Shown: positions 1 through 13,022 of the stretch, piece after piece
Layout: each line of letters opens with the position of its first letter
Position numbering within the stretch: the first letter of the stretch is position 1
Origin: Octopus vulgaris
Taxonomy: Eukaryota
Length of the DNA: 64,000 bases
NCBI GenBank assembly: GCA_951406725.2
Contig: OX597816.1
Coordinates: forward strand, 43,896,001-43,960,000
Direction of reading: 5' to 3'
Notes under the pieces: generated by a model
The model's input: only the letters and a program-made list of their open reading frames with translations
Told to the model about the DNA's origin: nothing
The model's database searches: none
Position numbers and translations under genes: made by a program

Positions 1-812
1 TGCTGTCTATTGTATCACTTTTTTAAAAAAACATCTAAGTTTATTTAAGCAAATTTTGGCTTCTATCTTTAGCAGGCTAATCAACCACGTAGAAGATTAT
101 ACGTTGACAGTTTAATTTCTTTTTCGTTTATTATTAAATATATACCTACTTCTAAACTTTTTGTTTCGCTTTTCTTCTGAAAATAATATTATAATGAAAA
201 TGGTTGTTAAATTTCGGTGTCCACTGTCTATATTCTTGACATATTCTCTGCTAATGCAATATTGTTTCTGGAACATACAATGGATAACATTGCCAAACAA
301 TTATATTGCTAACCAAAACATGTTATAGTTTAATGAGTTTTCCTGTTCACGGGATGATGATTTATGAATTATATTTTTTCCATTTTAAATATACATATTT
401 ATGTCTGAATCTGCTACGATAATTTGTTTTTTCCCGTTTGTTCAGCGAGCTATTAAACTTTTTATTTGAATGAGTATAGAAACATGGGTAAACAAGTATT
501 CTGTTTGTTTTCGTAGTCTCTTTCTTTACAGTGAGCCATGATAATGTTCTTTCATGTAGAATTCCCATATTGACGAAATACTGTGCGATTATTTTTCAAA
601 ACAAATGGTAAAACAACAAACTGAAAGCAATTTTCGGCTCGTTAGTGAATTATCGGCGAATTAGTTACAATTCTCACTTTATACACTTTAATCATATTAT
701 TAATATTTGTAGTCAAACTAAAAAATTTTTTTTTTAAATTCTAAAAAAAAATTGGTTTACATTTCCTTATCAATCGGTGGTAAAATACTATTCAAGAAAT
801 AGTATTAAAATA

Positions 813-1151
813 ATATTGTTATATTTCGGGATGGTCATTTTTTCATTGCCAAAGAAACACACGCACTACATATTCGTTCTTCACTTATATATTATCGTTC
901 TTATTTTATCTCATGACCATTGTCTGGAAGTCATGTGGATGAGATAGCTGCTGAACAGGTCATAAATGTGTGACGAACGACTACCAAAGAATGTACATAA
1001 GATGTGATAAAAACAATAATAAACGAGTGAAGAACGAATATATAGGGTGTGTGTTTATTCGGCAACAAAAAAATGACCATGCCGAAATATAACAATATCT
1101 GTTTCAACATACGATTTCACATCTGGAATCTTGCAAAACAAATTCATAAAC
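813..1151. mobile_element. MITE-like element with ~75-bp imperfect inverted repeats
   Basis: ATATTGTTATATTTCGGGATGGTCATT...TATTCGTTCTTCAC (813-~885) is inverted against GTGAAGAACGAATA...AATGACCATGCCGAAATATAACAATAT (~1027-1098). An 11-bp direct repeat GTATTAAAATA occurs at 802-812 and 1152-1162. Confidence 0.6.
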
Positions 1152-2342
1152 GTATTAAAATATTAATTTCTATATTAGGCAGAATTCCATAAAAAGTGGA
1201 AAACCTGTATTGTCAACTCGATCGATATTATATATAATTGTATCAATTTTGGATGTATGACCTTTAAAATCAAATTTAGCAGTATTCTAACCTATGATGT
1301 AAATATGGCAAAGCATATCTTCCTTCAAACTCCAGTCCCGAGGGTTTTTTTTTACTGTACCTATTGTGAAGCAAAACCTTCCCCGCCAAATTGCCCAGTA
1401 ATCATCCGAACTCATTAAGCTTTCCATTCCCTCATTGATTACACTTGACCGCATGTCCTTCGCCATGTAATCCTGCCATCGGTGCATCACAAATGGTTTA
1501 AGACACACACCAATATCTTTTGCTATAGTTCAAGTACTGTAGCACTAGCATTTGGATAGATATGTCCTATACCATCCTTCGTGAAATGTTAAGTATATGG
1601 ATTCAAGATATATTCCTCAATTGACAAATGATGCGTTTCGTACCCCCAATGGCTTTTCGAGTAATAGCCTTTTCGGAGCCTGAGGAAAGCTTTCTTGTCT
1701 TTCAAATTCTTTCACTTTTTCTCGGTAATATAGTAAGTACTAAGGTGAGGATGGACCATCTCTAATAACATAACTCTATCAGGTAGACTTAGTTACCGTT
1801 AGATAAAGTTATATCTTCGACCCGTCTGTTGGATATATCTATATGGAAGGGAAGAATACTTGAAACACTTGCTCTATTTCATACATTCCAAAGTCAACCA
1901 CTCGAGAATATTCGAACTCAGAACGTAAAACACCGAAAGAAATCACCGAGGAACATTTTGTCCGATGTGCTAACGATTCCGTCAGAATGCAGACATTTTA
2001 ATGTGGCACATTATGGCTTTGTTTTATTGACTAAAGCTTGGTAGAACTAAATATCCTAGACTGTTGTACGATACATCTATTAAAAATAAAAACACTGCAT
2101 ATTCCACAATAAAGACCTGATAGTCAAGAATTTTTACATCCACAAGGCGAGAGGACGATAAAAAAATTTTACAGTGAGAGAGCAATATGAGAAGACAACT
2201 ATTGATGTTGCCCACTTTCATTCCAATACTCAAGAAGGCCTACTACAAGTCCTTTAATAACTGTGATCATAAAAAGGAAGCAAATCGATCGTGTCCGCAA
2301 CGATAACATTAAGAAATTGGCTTAATATTCCAACATCTAAAG

Positions 2343-2613
2343 TAGTGTTTCCCAACCGTTTTTTCCCTATGGACCCCTTTGATTTCTGCTACACTCTACT
2401 GGTCCCTGCTAACCAATCACTGTCTAAAACGCCATTTTATATTTTTATATATGATTTTTGCAATTAAATATTAAGTAGGATTTGTATAAAAAAAGTTGTT
2501 AAAATACTTCGTGTATTATAGAAGTATAACTAATTTATTGCAGATAAATTTTAACCACAAAAATTTTATATGGGGTCCGCAAAATCCATATGGACTCCGG
2601 TTGAGAAACACTT
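2343..2613. mobile_element. hAT (Charlie/MER5-like) MITE
   Basis: TIRs TAGTGTTTCCCAACC (2343-2357) and GGTTGAGAAACACTT (2599-2613), with subterminal ATGGACCCC/GGGGTCC motifs. Non-coding. Confidence 0.6.
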
Positions 2614-3586
2614 TAGTACAAAAAAGCTGCAAAAATTGGAAGACCGTGGGTTAATTGCAGTGAAGAAAGATGGCCGATACTTCTACAAAACTGGTATTTG
2701 ATGCATAAATAAAATACGAATTGTAAAAGTGATGCACTTTCAGCCTAAACGTATCAACAGAAGCAACAGCCGTTGTTCATTGGAAAAGGCTTCACACAAT
2801 ATTCATTAAACAGAAGGAATTCCATTCCATTTTCATTTATCCCCAGAATATCAACTGTTTGTCGTTCCCTCCCTGCCCATGACCTGAAGTCCTGTTCTCG
2901 AAAAAGATGAAATGTATCAACATCGCCCGTTTCAAGGTGGGGCTACTTGAAAGCATAGTCACGTTCCCTTCTTTCTGATCAAACTACTGGAAAAATAAAT
3001 AATGATAATTATCAATTATTGTATAATGTTTAGAAAATAACTGGTTACCAGGCATTTAACTATTACGATTTGTGTACATTTTTATATTTTAAGCTACGTT
3101 CCTAATTAATGTTATTTGTTTTGATAATGTTATTGCTATTGGTAATTACCGTTCTAGGTTTTTTTGTTTTTGTTATTTCCGTTTTGTTTTTACAGCTGTT
3201 GTCATGACTACTACTTTTATATGTGTCATTGTAATTTTCTTCCAATGTTATTACGTGGATTACACATAAGTGTTCTCCATGGTGTTACATAGAGAAAAAG
3301 AGACATATGCTCACGCATACACAATGACGTGGAAAGGTATGCTCATACATACAAAATGGCGCAGAGAGATATGCTTATACATGCAGTGAGACATACAGAC
3401 ATATTCACATCTACTGAGGCATATACAAATATACGCCTACACATGCATACACTGATATACACATACACAGAGACATATCGATATATGTTCACACATGCAT
3501 AGCACATTAAGTGATATGATCAATATACGCAGAGATATAGAGAGATATACTTGAGCACACAGTGACACAGAGTTATATAGACATGC

Positions 3587-3589
<3 letters not shown>

Positions 3590-3666
<77 letters not shown>

Positions 3667-3710
3667 ATATATACCTATACACATATACATATATATATAC
3701 CTATACACAT

Positions 3711-3764
<54 letters not shown>

Positions 3765-3782
3765 TGAAGTATATATATATAT
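3590..3782. repeat. (TA)n/(TACA) microsatellite
   Basis: Seen directly. Confidence 0.95.
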
Positions 3783-5089
3783 GCAAACACATACACTCAG
3801 TTTCTTCTCCATATACGTACAGAAATACATTTATTGATATACACCCATGCAGAATGACGAGCTATCGATAACCATAACATTAAATAGTCTAAACAAAATA
3901 TTAAAAAAAAGCAAAAACCATGTTCATATTCCAGCGTGCACTAATTTACACAGACTCGAATTGACAAGTGTTAATAAAATACAAACATACATGCATGCGC
4001 ACAGATGAAGATATCATCTGGAAAATAAAGAGGAACAAGTAAAAACACGGAAGCATATTAACAAACATATTACTCACATCCACATGTTATTATGCATTGT
4101 CATACATCAGAGACACACGCTTTATACACATGTACATATAGATACAAACGTAAATGTGCTAAAAAAAATATGGAATGGAACAATCCAATAATGACTGATA
4201 AACGCAGTGCAAGAAAAAATCTTTTAATCAATGTTCAGTGGAAGACATAAGAGAGAAATATAATACGATGAAAAAAAAAAAATTGTTAAAAGAAATTCAA
4301 ATGGGTTGTGTGCTTTATCAAATTATTGATCATTATTATTTATTTGAATGTCAAAACGGATCGAAGTATGACGTAGGCAATTAACCGACTGATGGATCTG
4401 GCCATGATGATGAAGTATACGCTGTACTTGACTGATGGACTTGCGGAGGCTTCATTATTGCTGCTTTGTGTTTGTTGAACGGCCCAAAGCAAGTTTTGAT
4501 GGAGTTGCCGCAACCATTGCCACAGGAATCCCATTGAGCCATTGTCTGGATGTCATGAGCAACAAGAGCCCACTATCGGACTACGAGATTAAGAGCAGCA
4601 CCGACGTCACGAATTTATTTTTTCTATGATTACAGTAATTACAATTTTCATCGAATTATTAAAGCAGCTTCTGATATTGAAAAATCTTCAATCATTGTGA
4701 CAATCGCCAAGGAATCAACATTAACCATCAATATGATTTTTATCACCGTCTTCGTCAATGTCGCTGTTGGGAGTAATTTTTACGCTTATTTCCAAAGACG
4801 TACGTATAAGCTACGAGTTCGCGATGTAAAACGTCAAAAACAATGCTTCTACAGGACAACAGAATTTGCTTGCTTACTTTCATTGTATTTACTGACTGTT
4901 TGTCACTATTATTAGTGTGGCAGAGATGCTAGGAGGCGGGAATAAATGCCTTGCCGTATTTAGTTTCGTCCTTTTACATCTCGCTTTTACATTCTATTTT
5001 TGCAGTATTGATGAAATAAGTGTATATTGAATTATGAGATCGATTTAGTTAACTATATCTCTCTTTCTCTCTCTCTCTTCTGTAAATAA

Positions 5090-5848
<759 letters not shown>

Positions 5849-5852
<4 letters not shown>

Positions 5853-6503
5853 TACAAAATTAGAGAATGGAGAAACATACTTAAATCAATAAAACATCAA
5901 CTATCCGATGATACTCAATCCATACTTTAATACACCATTACATAGTAAAGGCATATAATATAAAATGAAATGAGATATACAGTAATAGTAAAAGTAAAAA
6001 GATAAAGAGATATAAGTAAAAAATTACAAATACAATATGCAAATAAATCAAAACTGACAGCTGTTTCGGCAGTGAGGACAGTCATACCTCATTTAACCTA
6101 TAAGCCATAAAGGCAGGTATAAATGAGGCATTAACAAAGATGCCCCACGGCCTCTTCAGAGAATTAAATTAAATTTGTTATAATAGTGAAAAATATTATA
6201 TAATCATATACATATAAATATAAAAATATAAAAAAGTAAAATATAAAAACTTATACATCATAATGCTACACTTGTATAATATAATACACATTTGTACAAA
6301 AAGGAAGGTAACCAGAACAAAATAAAACAAAATATATAACAGTGTATATATAATATTAATAAGTACCGATATCATACATATTTAGCTAATAGTTTTTTTT
6401 ATAAAAAAAAGGGCTAACACATATGGAGATGAAAAATAATAATAATTAAATCCGTGGTACAGTTCATAAAATTCTAAAGCTATAAAAGTTAATAAAAATT
6501 ACT

Positions 6504-6537
<34 letters not shown>

Positions 6538-8031
6538 GTAATAATAATAAAAAATAATAAAAATAGATACAGTTAAGTTATCACCAAGTCCATCCTTCCA
6601 AGATCGAAATAACTATGAGTTAAGAAATGCTGACCACTAGGTAAAGAAAATTTAGATTAATTCGATTGGCTATTGGTTTGAAATTTAAATCACAAAAGAA
6701 AATTATACGGTTGGTTAGTCAGGGAACGCCAATATTCACACACGCATCTACAGATCAATCGCACATACACACATAGTTATATGTATATACATACACTTGT
6801 ACATATACATAATCATAAGCAACAACTAACACTTAGATAAACAAATAGGGAAGCAACCATGCTAACACTAAGTCCTTCAAAATTATAACTGAGCCTCAAT
6901 AACAAAAAAAGAACCATCCATGCATTCTATAAAATATTTAATTAAGATATAAATGTATTTTTAAATATCAGTATGTTACTAATTCAGATAATTATTTCAT
7001 GGGTAACTTAAAATTTATAACACCGGTTTGTTGCAGAGTAAACATACGGTTGTTAGGTTTATCGTAAGTTTGTTATGATTTAAAGTACGCTAAATTATAA
7101 AATATAAAATATAAAATATATTAATTTAGATATTATAAATAAGTCACTTATTAACTTAATAAATATAGTGCCAAAATATACCAGTTTAGGCAATAAAAAA
7201 TAGAGGGGGAAGTATTAATGTAAACGCTTATGAGAACATCACAGAAATTTTAAATAAATTTTATATTATAAAGACTTAATATGAAAAGAGATAAAATAAA
7301 TAAAAAGGAATAAATACGAAGGAATAAATACGGTTATACACATAATTATAAGTACAAACTAGTATATATGTATTCATATATTATTAAAATTAAATAAAAA
7401 TAAATGATAGATATGTATGTATAAAACTACACCAGTATAAGTAAATAAGTAAAGAATAAATAGGTAACAAATTAAATGACTTGATATGTATGTAAACATC
7501 CACACTTAAATAGGCAAATAAATAAATAAATAGAAGACTAGATGCAAATATTGATAATATTACAATAAAATGGGAAATAAATAAAAATAAATAAATTGAA
7601 TATATATATTTTATATTGTTGAAAGTAAATATGTATGGAAGGATAGTTTAAAGTACAGATCCAGAGGACTATAGATATAAACTAAATATATGAAGCTGGT
7701 AACAATTATAAAGCAAAATGCATGTAAATGAGAAAATGAAAAAAATGAAAAAGGTTTATCAGTGAATAGCATAAGATACAAATTAAGGTGAGTACAAAAA
7801 GACCAAATATATAATAAAAACCTTCCAAATCAGCACATACAAAAAACCCATAATCTCAACCTAAACCCACCAAACTCACAAAAGGCTCTCATATATTACA
7901 TATTATACAATATCATTACATTATCCAGAGCTAGGTATCTAACCAAGATATACATATATACTTTGCAATATACTATGCAATATTGGAAAACTTCAAAAGT
8001 CACACATTACAAGGCAAATACCAAAATGAAT
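5849..8031 (-). repeat. Left arm of ~2.18-kb inverted repeat (reverse complement of 10074-12256)
   Basis: ATACTACAAAATTAGAGAATGG...CAAGGCAAATACCAAAATGAAT matches the reverse complement of ATTCATTTTGGTATTTGCCTTG...CCATTCTCTAATTTTGTAGTAT. Only a few substitutions and short indels were seen. Confidence 0.97.
6054..6163 (-). ncRNA. Type I hammerhead ribozyme motif (inverted copy of 11941-12050)
   Basis: The minus strand reads CUGAAGA-GGC...GCC-GAAA-CAGCUGUC^AG. Confidence 0.75.
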
Positions 8032-9836
8032 CGCCGGACTCAGCGGAGGTGACTGATCTAGTTGGGATGTATCTATTAGATAACTTTAGTAGGGAATTCC
8101 CTGAATTAAAAGGCGGATTATACAGGGATGACGCCTTATTTTGTGTTAGGAATACATCAAATAGGAGATTAGATCTTCTGAAAAAAAGAATAAACAAATT
8201 TTTTAAAAGCTTCGGCCTATCCATTATCATTGAAAGTGAAAATTATTCTGCTAATTATTTAGATGTTAATTGTAACATTACTAATGGTTTACATGAACCC
8301 TATATTAAACCTAATTCTAACCTAATATACATTAACCGTTCTAGTAATCACCCCCTCAAATTAAAAATGCACTAGTGCGTAGCATTAGTCAAAGAATTTC
8401 TAGTTTATCCTCAAACGAGGAAATTTTTAACAAACACTGTGATAGATACAATGCAGCATTACTTAAGGCAGGATATAAAAGTAAGATTTGGTTTATACCT
8501 AAAGGGAACCCCCTAATGGAGGTAGAACTATCAAGAACAACACAAATAGATTTAGGATAATCAACAATATACATAAGAATAGTAAAAACAGAATATATGA
8601 TAACACCTATAATAAATATAGAAGTGACGTTAACCTTGGAAAGGTGAACGGTAGCTCAAATAGATCTAAACATACGAGTAGTAGTAGTAATATTAATAAT
8701 AATATACGAATTAAAACTTATGGTAGACATGATAATGGTAAAGTTTACTTGCGCAATAACCATGGTAATATTGATATAGATAGATATAACAATGACAGTG
8801 GTAAGAATAGTAATCCTATGAGTTGGTCTACGAATAGGATTTTTACAAATAACATTAATTCTATAGGCAATCCTAATTCTGATAAGGATACTCTTTGGTT
8901 GATTATCCCGTATGCAATGCAGATTAAAACAAACATAGTGAGAGCTTTGCATAATATTATTTTTAGGCATTTTGGTAAGGATAGGAATAAATTTAGTCCT
9001 TTAATTAACAACGGTACTGTTAGAGTGGGATATAGCATTACTCATAATCTAGCCACCATCATCTCCTCTTTTAATAACAAGAAACTGGATCACTTCTATA
9101 AGGATAGAAAATTGAATTTAGACCAGGAAAACTTGCCCCTCTTCATTAATAATAGGAATAGAAATTTTCTTGGAACAAATGGGAGCAACCTCCTTACTAA
9201 TAATGAGTGCACCATACCTGTCAGAGATAATATAAATGTAATAGATCATACCACTACTACCAATACTAGTACTAGTGATAGGAATATAGCCGATAATGTG
9301 GAATTAACTCATTCGTTGATTTTGGGTTTGGATGATGATAACAATTGTAACACTTATAATGTGAATAGTAGTATAGGGGTGGTGTCCAATCTTAGATTTC
9401 CTCATTCTGTTAATCTTTGTAATTGCAGAAATAAAAATAAATGTGTATTTGGTAATCAATGCCTCAGGAAGGAGGTAGTTTACCAATGCACTGTAGATAC
9501 ACAATTGAGTAGTAGAGTGTATATCGGGGCAACTATGAATAGCATAAAACAAAGATGGAATTATCATAGATATACTTTTAGGAATAAAAATAGAATGTAC
9601 TCTACAGGGCTAAGTGCATATATTTGGGAACTTAAAAGTAAGAACTTAGATTTTAGATTAAACTGGAAAATACTAACTTCAGCACCTGTGTATAATGGAA
9701 AAAATAAAAAATGCTCTCTATGTATTAATGAAATTTTCTTCATTATTAAAGCGGGTCGGCAAATTATTAACAACATTAATGAGAAAACTTCTTTTGTATT
9801 CATAGGCTACCGTTCACCTTTTCTAGATTCAAATAG
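8032..9836 (+). pseudogene. PLE polyprotein C-terminal part (RT motifs, thumb, Zn-linker, GIY-YIG endonuclease); 5'-truncated, with three 1-bp homopolymer frameshifts
   Basis: Motifs SPDSAEVTDLVGMYLL, GGLYRDDAL (YRDD 8121-8132), YLDV, YIKPN..YINRSSNHP(P), SISQRISSLSSNEEIF..YNAALLKAGY, LWLIIPY..KTNI..RHF..NNGTVRVGYS, CNCRNKNKC..GNQCL, VVY..VYIG, KQRWNYH, LSAYIWELK, CSLC and a terminal C-I-H after frame correction. Joins ORFs 7983-8375, 8375-8560 and 8644-9843. Confidence 0.9.
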
Positions 9837-10073
9837 AACTTAGCACTTCCACTATTATCAATTTTTTAATTCCCTTCTTTAACTAAATATACCTGTGGTC
9901 TTCTATAATTCTAAAGTATACAATTTATAAATTTCATAATTTTATAATTTTTATAGCTACATTTGTATAATAACTAATTGGATGTGTCTAGTATTATTGG
10001 TTTCTTGGTTTTTGTATGTGGGTTTTTGTTTGTTTTTTTTTTAAGAGAAATGCAATATGACATAAAATAACAT

Positions 10074-11567
10074 ATTCATTTTGGTATTTGCCTTGTAATG
10101 TGTGATTTTTGAAGTTTTCCAATATTGCATAGTATATTGCAAAGTATATATGTATATCTTGGTTAGATACCTAGCTCTGGATAATGTAATGATATTGTAT
10201 AATATGTAATATATGAGAGCCTTTTGTGAGTTTGGTGGGTTTAGGTTGAGATTATGGGTTTTTTGTATGTGCTGATTTGGAAGGTTTTTATTATATATTT
10301 GGTCTTTTTGTACTCACCTTAATTTGTATCTTATGCTATTCACTGATAAACCTTTTTCATTTTTTTCATTTTCTCATTTACATGCATTTTGCTTTATAAT
10401 TGTTACCAGCTTCATATATTTAGTTTATATCTATAGTCCTCTGGATCTGTACTTTAAACTATCCTTCCATACATATTTACTTTCAACAATATAAAATATA
10501 TATATTCACTTTATTTATTTTTATTTATTTCCCATTTTATTGTAATATTATCAATATTTGCATCTAGTCTTCTATTTATTTATTTATTTGCCTATTTAAG
10601 TGTGGATGTTTACATACATATCAAGTCATTTAATTTGTTACCTATTTATTCTTTACTTATTTACTTATACTGGTGTAGTTTTATACATACATATCTATCA
10701 TTTATTTTTATTTAATTTTAATAATATATGAATACATATATACTAGTTTGTACTTATAATTATGTGTATAACCGTATTTATTCCTTCGTATTTATTCCTT
10801 TTTATTTATTTTATCTCTTTTCATATTAAGTCTTTATAATATAAAATTTATTTAAAATTTCTGTGATGTTCTCATAAGCGTTTACATTAATACTTCCCCC
10901 TCTATTTTTTATTGCCTAAACTGGTATATTTTGGCACTATATTTATTAAGTTAATAAGTGACTTATTTATAATATCTAAATTAATATATTTTATATTTTA
11001 TATTTTATAATTTAGCGTACTTTAAATCATAACAAACTTACGATAAACCTAACAACCGTATGTTTACTCTGCAACAAACCGGTGTTATAAATTTTAAGTT
11101 ACCCATGAAATAATTATCTGAATTAGTAACATACTGATATTTAAAAATACATTTATATCTTAATTAAATATTTTATAGAATGCATGGATGGTTCTTTTTT
11201 TGTTATTGAGGCTCAGTTATAATTTTGAAGGACTTAGTGTTAGCATGGTTGCTTCCCTATTTGTTTATCTAAGTGTTAGTTGTTGCTTATGATTATGTAT
11301 ATGTACAAGTGTATGTATATACATATAACTATGTGTGTATGTGCGATTGATCTGTAGATGCGTGTGTGAATATTGGCGTTCCCTGACTAACCAACCGTAT
11401 AATTTTCTTTTGTGATTTAAATTTCAAACCAATAGCCAATCGAATTAATCTAAATTTTCTTTACCTAGTGGTCAGCATTTCTTAACTCATAGTTATTTCG
11501 ATCTTGGAAGGATGGACTTGGTGATAACTTAACTGTATCTATTTTTATTATTTTTTATTATTATTAC

Positions 11568-11601
<34 letters not shown>

Positions 11602-12256
11602 AGTAATTTTTATTAACTTTTATAGCTTTAGAATTTTATGAACTGTACCACGGATTTAATTATTATTATTTTTCATCTCCATATGTGTTAGCCCTTTTTT
11701 TTTTATAAAAACTATTAGCTAAATATGTATGATATCGGTACTTATTAATATTATATATACACTGTTATATATTTTGTTTTATTTTGTTCTGGTTACCTTC
11801 CTTTTTGTACAAATGTGTATTATATTATACAAGTGTAGCATTATGATGTATAAGTTTTTATATTTTACTTTTTTATATTTTTATATTTATATGTATATGA
11901 TTATATAATATTTTTCACTATTATAACAAATTTAATTTAATTCTCTGAAGAGGCCGTGGGGCATCTTTGTTAATGCCTCATTTATACCTGCCTTTATGGC
12001 TTATAGGTTAAATGAGGTATGACTGTCCTCACTGCCGAAACAGCTGTCAGTTTTGATTTATTTGCATATTGTATTTGTAATTTTTTACTTATATCTCTTT
12101 ATCTTTTTACTTTTACTATTACTGTATATCTCATTTCATTTTATATATTGCCTTTACTCCTATGTAATGGTGTATTAAAGTATGGATTGAGTATCATCGG
12201 ATAGTTGATGTTTTATTGATTTAAGTATGTTTCTCCATTCTCTAATTTTGTAGTAT
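10074..12256 (+). repeat. Right arm of inverted repeat = PLE 3' UTR/pseudo-LTR
   Basis: See left arm. The element continues ~170 bp beyond the arm, to ~12424, before (TA)n. Confidence 0.95.
11941..12050 (+). ncRNA. Type I hammerhead ribozyme motif with ~85-nt stem II and palindromic stem III
   Basis: CTGAAGA 11945-11951; stem II GGCCGTGGGGCA/TGTCCTCACTGCC plus inner TGCCTCATTTA/TAAATGAGGTA; GAAA 12037-12040; ACAGCTGT palindrome; GUC cleavage triplet ending at 12048. Stem I is weak. HHRs are an established feature of PLE pseudo-LTRs. Confidence 0.75.
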
Positions 12257-12968
12257 TAATTTACGGTAATATTATTACCCTTACCCATTTAATACAATAG
12301 ATGAACTGATTGCTTGACAATTTCTAACATCTATGTATTAATTTTGTTGGGTACCTATCTAGCAGTATATTGGATATATGTTATCCCATGGTGGGTTGAA
12401 TTTTCAACCCCTATCTCATTTTATAATATATATATATATATATATATTTAAAAAATAGGAAAATTTTACAAGTATAAGCAGTGTTATGAGCATTTATAGA
12501 ACACGTATCCTATGTAAATTCATCAAAGATGGAGAAGATGTTAAAAGATTTTATAAAATTTTACTCCATGCATACGATCGTTTAGAATGGCAACATCAAC
12601 ATATAAGAAACATGGAAAAAATTAAATTAATTATGATTATAATTAAATTAATTACATATTACCATTCTCCTCATTGCAAAAGAAGACTACATCAAAAAGA
12701 AAATGTCAGAAGAATATTATATTGTTATAGAAAATAATATGGAATCAGTGTCACATAATGCATTCGGATATTCATTAATACGATTATGAAAGATGAGATA
12801 TAAGAACATTTATCCTTATTATAACACCTTATACTTGTAACATTTTCACATTTTTATAAAAAAAGAAAATACTCACAATTGTAAGCTAACAATCTAATAT
12901 GAAGAATCTTTATTAGAAATCTAACCTCGGATCCTCCTCTCAAAGTAAAAGAATGAAACTGAACTCAA

Positions 12969-13022
<54 letters not shown>

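Noticed and set aside
1287-1740. 73-aa minus-strand ORF and surrounding GC-richer sequence as exon or LINE fragment
   Set aside because: No recognisable motif, and stops occur upstream in the frame examined. It may be a decayed TE but cannot be supported.
7983-8031. N-terminus MENFKSHTLQGKYQNE of ORF 7983-8375
   Set aside because: It comes from the inverted 3' UTR arm. The real RT sequence starts at the junction near 8032.
9418-10070. Selenoprotein-type Naiad (in-frame UGA plus SECIS)
   Set aside because: The conserved Cys positions visible here use TGT/TGC, the reconstructed frame has no in-frame TGA, and I saw no convincing SECIS. The missing 5' part cannot be judged.
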